Source: Eledone cirrhosa
Lineage: Eukaryota
NCBI GenBank assembly: GCA_964016885.1
Contig: OZ024745.1
Coordinates: 49,104,001 to 49,168,000 of the forward strand
Reading direction: 5' to 3'
DNA: 64,000 nucleotides
The notes beneath the pieces are model-generated. The model worked only from the letters and a program-made list of their open reading frames with translations, made no database searches and had not been told where the DNA came from. The translations under genes were made by a program, and so were the position numbers. This document shows, one piece after another, positions 53,067 to 64,000 of this stretch. Position 1 is the first letter of the stretch, and every line of letters begins with the position of its first letter.

Positions 53067-55410
53067 CATGGTGGCTGCCAACTCGTTTTCGAGTATGGCC
53101 ACTACCCTATATCCATGTAGGAGAACCCCTACCGATGCATTGAACAAGTGTGACTTTTTAGTCCAGCCAGCGACTTGAAAACTCTGGTACAAACACTACA
53201 CTTGTGACAATTATTGACACATAGTGCTGGGCCCATGGTACCATGTGACGACAAGTGCAGAGAGATCTCCAGATATAAAGCAATGCCTGTGCCGTGAAGC
53301 TTTTATAGTGAGCAAAGGCACTGCACAAAGCCAGTCCCATTCTCTTAACCAAGATGATATTTACCAAAAAGAAGAACAAGTCAACATCATTGGATACCAT
53401 CAGGGTTGCAGGTGTTATATCAGAGTTTGCCTTCTCCTAGAATTCTGCCTTGACAAAGGCTAAGGGGTCATCTCTCCCGGTGATTTTGGATGGCCATTGA
53501 CTCTTAAGAGCTCCTTTGCCCTTTGACAGGTTTTGTTTTTAGTCCTGCAGGGTGTCCAAAGTCACCCTCCTCACCAAGAAAACTTGGTGGGGTTGCCAGT
53601 TTAGTCGCCAACGACCCGACCATGAGACATACATACATACATACATACATACATACATACATACATACATACATACATACATACATGGTGGCTGCAAACT
53701 CTGCTAAGAGTATTGCAATTGCTTGTCAGATTACAGAAAATGGTGCACCTTTAGGCTACCGCTAGCCACACGAACCTGTAACACATCCTGAACAAGCAAT
53801 GCCTGTGCTTTGAAGGTTTTTTAAATGGAAAAAGAGCTTGCACTCGACCACTCCCACTCCCTGAGAATCGAAAACACTACCTGAAAAGGAGAATTGGTCA
53901 ACATCATCGGATGTTTCCGAAGCTCCAGGTTTTTTTCAGAGTGTCCTTCTCTTAGAAAGGTGTTGTGACAACAACTGGGGGCCTTTCACTCCCAGGTTAA
54001 AAAAAAGGTACTATTTGTATGGCCATTGACTCTGCTGAGTTCCTCCGCCCTTCGCCGGGGCCTGTATTTAATCCCGCAGGGTGTCCAAATATCACCCTCC
54101 TCACCAAGCAAGTTTGGTGGGGTTGCCGGTTTAGTCATCGACGACCCGATGGTTGTACTGGGTTACATATTACCAGTAGCACTCGAGAGTGACCCGGCAT
54201 ACATACATACATACATACATACATGATGGCTGCCCCCTCGTTATCGAGTATGGCCATTGCATGATATACCATTATTAATAATTATTAATTAATTCTATCG
54301 TGCAATGCCTGTGCGTGAATATATTTTTTAAAATGAGGAAAGAGTGTGCACTGAGCCAATCCCACTCTCTGAGCGACAGTAGCTATAACCCGAAAAGAAG
54401 AAAAGATCAACATCATCGGTAACTACTGAGCTGCAGGTTTTATATCGGAGTTATCCCAGTTTCCTGAGTTGCCTTCTCCTAGAAGAATGTCCTGACAAAG
54501 GCTAGGGGTCCTTCACTCCCAGTGGTTTAACCGCGCGGTACATGTGTATATACATATTTACACACTTTTCGATGGCCGTTGAACCTTATGAGTTCTTCCG
54601 CCCTTTGTCAGTTTTTTTTTGTACTGCAGGGTGTCTAAAATCACCCTCCTCACCAATTAAACTTGGTGGGGTTACCGGTTTAGTCGCCGACGACCCGACC
54701 ATGCGACAGGTTGTACTGGGTTACATGTTACCAGTAGCACTCGAGAGTGACCCGACATAATAATTACATACATAATAATTACATACATACATACATACAT
54801 ACATGGTGGCTGCCAACTCGTTTTCGAGTACGGCCACTACTTTATATCCATGTAGGAGAACCCCTACCGATGCGCTGAACAAGTGTGACTTTTTAGTCCA
54901 GCCAGCGACTTGAAAACTCTGGTACAAACACTAGACTTGTGACAATTATTGACACATAGTGCTGGGCCCATGGTACCATGTGATGACAAGTGCAGAGAGA
55001 TCTCCAGATATAAAGCAATGCCTGTGCCGTGAAGCTTTTATAATGAGCAAAGGCACTGCACAAAGCCAGTCCCACTCTCTAAACCAAGATGATATTTACC
55101 AAAAATAAGAACAAGTCAAAATCATTGGATACCATCAGGGTTGCAGGTGTTATATCAGAGTTTTCCTTCTCCTAGAATTCTGCTTTGACAAAGGCTAAGG
55201 GGTCATATCTCTCGGTGATTTTGGATGGCCATTGACTCTTAAGAGCTCCTTTGACTTTTGACAGGTTTTGTTTTTAGTCCTGCAGGATGTCCAAAGTCAC
55301 CCTCCTCACCAAGAAACCTTGGTGGGGTTGCCAGTTTAGTCGCCAACGACCCGACCATGGGACAGGTTGTACTGGGATACATGTTACCAGTTGTACTGGG
55401 ATACATGTTA
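53067..55410 (-). mobile_element. Tandem cluster of four copies of the (CATA)n-associated RTE-like element
   Basis: Copies ~53067-53628, 53684-54198, 54222-54757, 54802-55410, each separated by (CATA)n; different subfamilies. Confidence 0.8.
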
Positions 55411-55434
55411 CATACATACATATATACATACATA

Positions 55435-55980
55435 CAAGAATTGAGAGCTGTCAGCGAGAAACTTTGATACCAGTAGAGGGTGGCTGAAAGAAAAATAATT
55501 AAAAGATTCAACCGAAACCAAACATCAGTCTATAGAGACATGAGGGGCAAAGCATTGCATGTCACTGAGGCCCCATCCCAGAAAGACATAGATTCCTTCG
55601 GGAGTAAAATATGGGGTGAAGAAAAGAAATTCAACTAATATGCAGTGTGTCTGAAAGAGATCCAAACGAACTACTGCCGCTGTACTACAACAAAAACGTA
55701 CATCATCAATGATGATATCCATTAGACTGTGATAAGAAAACTCAAAGATAAGAAAGCATCAGGAAAGGACTTGATTGTCTGCTTATGGTACAAAAAAAAC
55801 TGACATTTTATCGGATGTATCTTATCAACCTCTACCACCAAGCTCCCAAAGGAGATATACATATACAAAGGGTGGTTGACATTAACAGAAACAATACTGG
55901 ATCTAAGAACAAAGACACCCACTTGACAAAAAACCACCGACCCATTGCATGCCAGAACCTAATGTATAAAATATATACTG
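55435..55980 (+). mobile_element. Decayed R4/Dong-like non-LTR RT fragment
   Basis: Frameshifted KASGKDLIVCLWYKK..L and KNHRPIACQNLMYKIYT (RT N-terminal motifs). Confidence 0.6.
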
Positions 55981-56037
55981 AAGTAAGAAAGCTAATTAAA
56001 TGTCTAAAAACATCTGACTGATAAAATGACAAGTCAA

Positions 56038-56365
56038 TCAATCATATTGGTGGCCTCCCCACAGCCCCGTGGACAGAATGGAGAAGGCGTTTCCCCGGAG
56101 GACGGCAAGGGAGACGCGCTGGAAAAGCCATTCCAGCTCGCGAGGCTTACACCTGCAGCTGGCCAGCTCAGCGCCTATGGTGGTGAGTAGGGAGGTAGCC
56201 CTAGGTCCGAGGACACCAGAAGTCTCCACTGCCAGGAGTACGATCGCAAACCTGTCGGAGAGCGACCGGTATTTGAAGAGTTTGGCCTCCTCAGCCCGAT
56301 GTGCAGCAGAACTTGGGTTAGTCGCAGACTGCACCAGGTTGCGGCTGGAGAAAGTAAATGTATAC
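56038..56365 (-). mobile_element. CRE-like non-LTR element C-terminal restriction-like endonuclease fragment
   Basis: AAHRAEEAKLFKY...LAVETSGVLGP...LFQRVSLAVLRGNAFSIL; GC-rich island. Confidence 0.7.
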
Positions 56366-56629
56366 TAAGAGTTATGTTATACAGAAAATATGTAATATGT
56401 TAGTTGCAGCCTGACAATGTCTGTCTTCCCCATTTGGTGGCTGGTGCGGTCCTTCGTTTGTTTACGGTGCTTTCTGGGTGTTTGGTTTACGCGTTAAGGC
56501 AAACAACGTCTTAATTACACGCACACATGCACACAAACACGCACACATATATGTATGGTTACGTAACTCCCGAGGGAGTCATAGGGAGTTACCTGATTGA
56601 CATACGCCGTTTCTAGGGTATCTTCTCTC

Positions 56630-56699
<70 letters not shown>

Positions 56700-56740
56700 C
56701 ACACACATACTAGTTTAACGCGTTATATAGTAGGATAGAG

Positions 56741-56776
56741 TCTTAACGTTTTGGGCGTTAGTCTTTCCTCAGAAGA
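56741..56776 (-). ncRNA. Decayed minimal hammerhead-like motif, family C
   Basis: Minus: TCTT CTGAGGA aagactaacgccc AAAA CG TT AAGA (GAAA to AAAA, consistent with CpG decay). Confidence 0.45.
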
Positions 56777-57201
56777 TAGAGAAATAGAAAGAGGAAGAAA
56801 TGGAAAAACATTTTTTTACAGGAGGAAAGGTGGGCCGGTGCGTATATAAATATATACACATATGTGGAGGCATTATTAAAAAAAGTATCCGTGTATATGA
56901 GTCCTTGTACATCTACGTACGAGTGGGTGTATAGTTGTATAGATTGACTGGTACACTAGTATGCACGTATTCAATATGTAGATAGATAATAATTAACTGT
57001 CTACTACAAAACAGATGGCAATAAAATGAATACAATCAAAGCTCCCGTATCTACTCAATTTAGAGAACAATAGCATACACATACACACTCACACACATAC
57101 ACACACACATATATATTTGTATGCTATATGTATACGAGGAAAAACAATACTGGAGAACAACACTGTGTGTGTGAAAAATAATTACCTACCCACATACACA
57201 C

Positions 57202-57244
<43 letters not shown>

Positions 57245-57599
57245 TGCCCAGGTTTCCCATGAGTGCTACAGGTAACATGTAGTCCAGTGCAACCACTCAC
57301 ATGGCCGGGTCGTCGGCGATAAACTGGCAACCCCACCAAGCTTGCTGGATGTAAAACAAAACTCGTCAAAGGTCGGAGGAACTCTTGGAGTCAACGGCCA
57401 TCCAATACCTGCAATGTGTTGTTCACTGGGTTCGTGGCAAACTTTAGCACCAATCCTTTGTTATCAACACAGCCTTTACCACTATAAACAATTCATTTAT
57501 GTGGGTAGCTAAACAAATGCTTGCTCAATATTTTAACTTGGCTGTAAACCGTGGCTGTCAGGTTATCCAATTGTACGATTGAAATAAAAAAAGAATTTA

Positions 57600-58840
57600 T
57601 ATTTTAATTTGGGTTCCTGGAATGTGAGAATACTCCAGGACTGTATTACAGGTCTGATTCGAAGATTAATCCTCATCTACAATGCACACAACAGACATAA
57701 CTTCAATGTCTACGCGATAAGTGAAACCCGACGATAAGTGAAACCCGAGCATATCCCAGATGGAAGAAGAAGGAGAAGGGTACACAGTCTTCTGACCCAG
57801 AAGAACTGAAGAGGACCACCGTCAGTCTGGTGCTGGTTTTGTCATTAGACATTGTTAGATCCCTAACAACATTCTCCAATGGTGTCAGTGAACGTATCAT
57901 GACTCTTTTGCTGGATCTAGCAAATAACACCGCTGTTACACTAGTGAGTTGTTACAGCCCAACTCTCCATTCATCCAAGCATTGTATCGTTACATTTTAT
58001 GATCAGCTTCACACAGTGGTCTCCACTGTCCCATGTAAGAACAAGCTTCTCATTATGGTAGATTTCAATGCTAGAGTTGGAAGTGACCATCAAACATGGC
58101 CTCAGGTTCTTGGGAGCTATGAACTCAAATGGGCTTAGGCTAAAAACCATAAGACAACATGGATGCATCTTAGATCCAAGAATTGGCACATGATTAGCTA
58201 TGTCACTACACAGCGGCATGACCTAAAATATTTCAAAATCAATTATTCTTTTAACTTTTCTTGCTATCTCTCGGATCATGCATTGCTGCGCAGTAAGGTT
58301 TCATTCAATTTCCCCCAAACAAAGTGTCTGCAAAAGCCACCTATCTCACCCAGGGTTGATGTGGGTACTTTGAGATCCACTGATAGGAGGCTAGAACTTT
58401 TTGCCAAACTTAACTCATCCCTGAACTCTGTATAGCTTTCTGATGACATTGAGCCTTTTCCGGAAAGCGCTCAAAGATGCCACCTATGCAGCCTCCGTAG
58501 AAGTCTTAGAATTTCCTATGGGAAAACACCAGGGTTGGTCTGATAAAAGCGATTCAGATATCCAGAATCTTAGCAGGATGAATAATCTACACAGGCTCTG
58601 AGCTAGAGATAAAAACTCAACAACTAAAAAGAAAGCTTATAGAGATTGTAAGCAGCAGGCACCATCGTCACGTAGAAAGATGGAGGATGCTTGGTGGGCA
58701 ACTAAAGCAGCTGATCTATAAGACGCTGTCGATACAAAGGACTCAAGGGCCTTTTATAAGGGTCTGAAGGCGGTGTATGGTCCGAGGAAGAGCAGGTCAA
58801 ACCCAGTTCTATCTTCTGATGGCACAACCCTATATACAGA
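57600..58840 (+). mobile_element. Decayed RTE (BovB-like) LINE, AP endonuclease and linker
   Basis: GSWNVRILQD, SETR, SERIMTL, VSCYSPT, FYDQL, MVDFNARVGSD, SDHALL, WW..KAADL, AFYKGLKAVYGP, with frameshifts and stops. Confidence 0.85.
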
Positions 58841-58844
58841 CAAA

Positions 58845-59780
58845 GTGGTGCACAATCTCGCAGCAATGAACACTATGTTTATGAACTAACCAAATAAACA
58901 TTGGACTTTTCAATACCCTTCTGGAAGCAGGGCTCAGTTGAATTATGTTTTAGTACGAAGGAAGTGGATCAACAGTATTAAATATTACTGTGCCTACTCT
59001 TCTTTCAATAGTGTTTGCAAAAGTAAAACTTAGCTTTCGCACACAGAAACAGCGAATAGCGGCCAGAGAATTCTTTGAAATACATTGACTGGCATCTTGT
59101 TACCAATGATAACGTGTCAAACAACTATACTGTTTCGGTGTTTAATAACTTCTCATTCCTATACCCGGAAGACACAAATGCAATTGCCAAATACAATATC
59201 ACCAAAGAGAGTGCTGAAGATATTTCTCTTAACTCATTGCCCCCAAACCGATAAAGAACAATAAAAAGAGTGGTTTTAATCAACGATAAGGTCAGAAAAA
59301 AGCTTGTCAAAACAAACAATGAATTTAATTTGTCTCCAGCATTGGAGAACGACGCAAAAGTCCAAAGAGCTCGAAACGATCTTCAAGCAGTGAATAACTG
59401 TCGAACTACTTAAAAAAATAAAACTACAATGTCTTTGCTCAGCACAGAGTAGGTCAACATGCAGTGGCTCGGAGATCTATTAATGAGAAATGCGGTAGAA
59501 AGGATAAATCTTCTGTCACTGTTCAAGGTGGCTTAGCCAAAAAAAAAAAAAAGAACGTAAATCTAGATGATTGGGACACTTCAAAAAACTTCTTGGAGAA
59601 CCCCTCGAAGTAACACCTGATCTTCCCAATAAGACTGAAGGAGTGACTGAACGTCGTACAAGCTTTGCTGGTTACTGCTTTCGCACAAAGACGAGATGGT
59701 CAAGATGCTATAGCAAGAGAGAGACACTTGAATTGAAAAAGATGACCAACACATCTTGATTGGAAACGTACTGTTGGTAT
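58845..59780 (+). mobile_element. Second decayed LINE fragment (endonuclease C-terminal part and linker)
   Basis: HNLAAMNTMF..HWTFQYPSGSRAQLNYVLVRRKWINS. Confidence 0.65.
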
Positions 59781-61199
59781 GAAGTTGTGCTTTGTGTCTC
59801 GCTTAAGGACGATGGATAAGGATATAAGCAGACCATACAAATAACAAATTATTCTATCTACTAATAACAACATTATATCTACTCGTTCATTTATTGCATC
59901 GTGACAATTTTCTAAATCAAAACTACTTTTCAGAAAATAATTTGGTAAATATATTATTTTGTAGTATAGTACTTTTATCTATTTGTTTCATATAATACAT
60001 GCATTCTTGTGTTATTTAAACGTTGACTTATTTTCAAGCGACAGACTGTCGTTATATATACACTCTATAGGCTGGACATAATTACCTATATTTTGTTTAC
60101 CGAACCATTTACAGTTTTTGGACAGAAATTATATAAAAAATTGTTATACTTTGAGAGAGTCGCCGACACACGATTTCACATCAAGAATCTTGAAAAATAA
60201 ACACAAAGACGCACTATTAAAATTATTCCATGTTTGAAATGGTCTCTATATTAAATGTTATTTTACAAAATAATATTGTTTTGAAATTTTTATAAAATTT
60301 GTATAAAATTATTCCAACTTCCAATCAAACGACGTTCAATAGGAAGTTGTAGTTGTATTATTGATTATCTTATCGACTTGTTTTGATGTTTATGTGTTGT
60401 GGATTTTGAGTTCACCGCAATGAAGTAGCGAATGTTTGATATTGTAAAATCACTTAGACAGCTTCCATATCATTTGTGGCAATAACATGGAATGGATAAT
60501 ACCCACTAGAGATATTGTGTGTAGTAACATGAAAGCATTTTGTCATAGATACTTAAAAATAAAGTAATATAGTTTTATCCTTCTTGGAATTAAAGACTTG
60601 ACGTTTCATATTAAAACTTCTCCAATGAAATTATTTTATCTGACTCTGAGTTTGAATTTCTGAGAGTGATAGGAATAGTTAAGTGACTTAGCCCAGGACA
60701 CCATCGGTACTTGCTGTACACGCTAGATAAATACTGTATGAAATATTTAAAGAAAACTGTGTACATATCTTTATTGTTTCAGCAGTCTCCACTACAGTGA
60801 GGTTTTATCCAGCTTAATCACATACACAGGCTGTCAGTTGTGATAGAAGATTGCCAAACATATGATTGATCGTAGCGAATACATTTGACAACTTTAAGAG
60901 AACAAGGATTAATTATTTTTCCTGAAATATAAGCACTTCTTAAACATAAATGTTAATCTTTTATGAAATTCCATTAATACCTTAAACCTACTACATTAGT
61001 GTTTATCCTTGGTCTTTTATTAACGCAGCCCATCTATTAAAAAACCGCCTTTCAAGGTATTTGAAATGATGAGACATAACTCATAAAAATGAATTTTTCT
61101 CTTCTCCCCTTAATAAGTTTTAGATTCTAGGACACTTGCCTCCGGCTTGTTGCCCTATGACGTTCATTTGACAACTTGACAACTGTAAGTTTAATTTGG

Positions 61200-61957
61200 G
61201 GGATAGATTGAAGTTGGGATGTAGTTTGAAGTTGTGGTAGAGGTTAAAGTTGTGTTGTAGTTTGAAGTTATGGTAGAGGTTAAAGTTGTGTTGTAGTTTG
61301 AAGTTATGGTAGAGGTTAAAGTTGTGTTGTACTTTGAGGTTGTGGTAGAGGTTGAAGTTGTGTTGTAGTTTGAAGTTATGGTAGAGGTTAAAGTTGTGTT
61401 GTAGTTTGAAGTTATGGTAGAGGTTAAAGTTGTGTTGTAGTTTGAGGTTGTGGTAGAGATTGAAGTTGTGTTGTAGTTTGAAGTTGTGGTAGAGATTAAA
61501 GTTGTGTTGTACTTTGAGGTTGTGGTAGAGATTAAAGTTGTGATGTAGTTTGAGGTTGTGGTAGAGGTTAAAGTTGTGATGTAGTTTGAGGTTGTGGTAG
61601 AGATTAAAGTTGTGTTGTAGTTTGAAGTTATAGTAGAGGTTAAAGTTGTGTTGTAGTTTGAAGTTGTGGTAGAGATTGAAGTTGTGTTGTAGTTTGAAGT
61701 TATAGTAGAGGTTAAAGTTGTGTTGTACTTTGAGGTTGTGGTAGAGATTGAAGTTGTGTTGTAGTTTGAAGTTGTGGTAGAGATTAAAGTTGTGTTGTAG
61801 TTTGAGGTTGTGGTAGAGGTTGAAGTTGTGTTGTAGTTTGAAGTTGTGGTAGAGGTTAAAGTTGTGTTGTAGTTTGAGGTTGTGGTAGAGGTTGAAGTTG
61901 TGTTGTAGTTTGAGGTTGTGGTAGAGGTTGAAGTTGTGTTGTAGTTTGAAGTTATAA
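61200..61957 (+). repeat. 36-bp (2x18) minisatellite, ~21 copies, with a degenerate hexamer-based extension to ~62178
   Basis: Unit agttgtgttgtagtttgaagttgtggtagaggttaa. Confidence 0.93.
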
Positions 61958-62338
61958 GTTAGTTTCATGTTATTGTGTAGGTCAAGACTGTGGCGTAGTC
62001 TGATGCTATGGTGTAGATTGTAGTTGTGGTGTAAGCTGATGTTGTGGTGTAGGTATAGTGTAAGTGTAGGTTGAAATTGTCGTATAGGCTGTAATTATGG
62101 TGTAGGTTGTAGTTGTAGTGAAGGTTGATGTTGTTGTGCTAGTTGCAGTAGTAGTATAGGTTGTAGTTGTGGTACATGCTGGTGTTTTGAAATTGGAGAG
62201 AGGGAAAAACATTAGTAAATGTATCATAACATTGTATCATAACATATGTATGATAAAAATAAACGGAAGCAACAAAGCAAGCACCACAGTACAATGCAGA
62301 CATATATTAGTTTAACGCTTGATATAGTACGAAAAGAG

Positions 62339-62374
62339 TCTTTACATTTCGTACGCAAGTCCTTCATCAGAAGA
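62339..62374 (-). ncRNA. Minimal hammerhead-like motif, family C
   Basis: Minus: TCTT CTGATGA a ggac ttgc gtac GAAA tg TA AAGA. Confidence 0.55.
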
Positions 62375-62568
62375 TAAAACGAAAAATAAAAGATGAAATT
62401 GAAAGATAGAGAGTGAGAAGAGTAAGGTACGGAAAAACATTTTGAGAAAAAGCACACACACATGCACGTGCGCACACACACATGCACGTGCGCACACACA
62501 CGCGCACGCACACATACATATCCACACATTGATATGCATTTATATTCATATTGCTATATATACATGCA

Positions 62569-62623
<55 letters not shown>

Positions 62624-63133
62624 AGATATATATATATATATAACCAAGTGGTGATGTATTACTACTAGTGGCACCTGCTTGAGCACTCTACTCTTTTACG
62701 TGAATTGAATATTCTGTGTTAAAAGTGTGTATTAACACCAATACCTGTTTAATATTTGCGTAGTATACAGAGTGTTTATATAAAGAATGAGAGATCGAAG
62801 TTACAGTTTAACATATTATATTCACCATCACGGATGTCGCGTGTACACAAATGACCAGCTCGGAGCCTTAATCGATTAAAATCAACTTTGACCCTGAGAT
62901 CGATTTGTTCAATGACGTGATTACAAATAAAATAGCGTTGAGAATATACCTCTGAGAAGGCTTGCTACATACAAGCCAACAAAACTAGGCGTCGTGGTCA
63001 GGTTTGTACCTTCCTTTATACTTACTCTGCACCTTCCCAAGCATTGAGTACTATCCTGATTTGTGGTCTCCCCGGTTTCGGGACCGTAGACTTTCATTAC
63101 ACCCCCCCCCATATATATATATATATATATATA

Positions 63134-63219
63134 TAGGAAAAGAGTCAGGACACGAACAGTTCGGATCTAGCTGTCGAAACGGCTGGAGCTCAGCCGTCGG
63201 GGTCCTGACTATTTTCCTA
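63134..63219 (+). ncRNA. Decayed hammerhead with long stem I in a TA-flanked element (~63134-63300; sister copy ~39181-39300)
   Basis: taggaaaa.agtcaggac ... cag..ctgtc GAAA CGGCTG gagct CAGCCG TC gg ggtcctgact.ttttccta; CUGANGA box damaged. Confidence 0.55.
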
Positions 63220-63578
63220 TTTCCCACTCTACTACCCTAAGTATTGAGTACTCTGGTGCGTTATGGTACACCCGGTATCTTATCACACCCTCTTTGTTAT
63301 ATATATATATATTTATTTATTTATTTATTTTGTTGGACCTCAGTCGATTCCGACGATGACTGTTCCAGTTGCTGAAATAGCCTACTCGTGAAATTAACGT
63401 GCAAGTGGTTGCACATCCCCCAAAACATATGTACCCTGCCGCCATACTGAGTATATCTATTCATTTTAATGTGTCTACTGTGTGGCTGCCTACTGCTTGG
63501 CTCTTTGTATGTATGTATGTATGTATGTATGTATGTATGTATGTATGTATGTATGTATGTATGTATGTCATACATATA

Positions 63579-64000
63579 TCGGGTCACTCTCGAGTGCTAC
63601 TGGTAACATGTAACTCAGTACAACCTGTCGCATGGTCGGGTCGTCGGCGACTAAACCAGCAACCCCACCAAGTTTACTTGGTGAGGAGGGTGATTTTCGG
63701 ACACCCTGCAGGACAAAAAACAAAACTTGACAAAGGGCGGAAGAACTCATAAGAGTCAACGGCCATCGAAAAGTGTGTAAATATGTATATACTCATGCAC
63801 ATATGTATATGTATATATACATATGTATATGTATATATACATGGGTGCATGTGTATGTATATGCGCGGGGACATAGAAATAGTCAGGCTGGACACCCGAT
63901 CGCGCGGTTAAACCACTGGGAGTGAAGGACCCCTAGCTTTTGTCAGGGCATTCTTCTAGGAGACGGCAACTCAGGAAACTGGGATAACTCCGATATAAAA
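63579..64000 (+). mobile_element. 5' part of the (TATG)n-associated RTE-like element, runs off window end
   Basis: Reverse complement of the 54222-54757 subfamily, preceded by (TATG)n; another 5' fragment at ~57245-57405. Confidence 0.75.

Noticed and set aside
50914-55487. Recurrent 60-90 aa ORFs (MVSNDVD..., MTGFVFSP...)
   Set aside because: Chance ORFs repeated because they lie in copies of the same non-coding element
61120-61968. 282-aa LQHNFNLYHNFK repeat ORF
   Set aside because: Minisatellite translation without splice or homology support

Overview
AT-rich animal genomic DNA, rich in microsatellites and SINEs; the repeat landscape suggests a mollusc, probably an octopus-like cephalopod (inference). 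Two convergent spliced genes are supported by in-frame GT-AG exons. The first is the 3' end of a TRPA1-like channel (+, 3596-13544, plus a candidate 30-nt microexon at 2344-2373). The second is an apparently complete 471-aa Aa_trans-family (AVT1/SLC32/36/38-like) amino acid transporter (-, 49513-27800, 10 exons). The long ORFs in the supplied track are artefacts of minisatellites (112, 47, 51 and 36 bp units), three of which appear amplified from internal pieces of a SINE. Also present: two tRNA-derived SINE families, TTAA-flanked and hAT-like MITEs, a non-autonomous Helitron, decayed RTE/R4/CRE LINE fragments and a ~0.55-kb RTE-like non-autonomous element clustered in (CATA)n arrays. The most striking unexplained signal is about 15 type I hammerhead-ribozyme-like motifs, intact or decayed, from several families. 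Several sit on both arms of 0.3-0.5 kb foldback elements beside TA microsatellites, which suggests Penelope-like pLTR or retrozyme derivatives. All ribozyme folds were assigned by eye and are untested.
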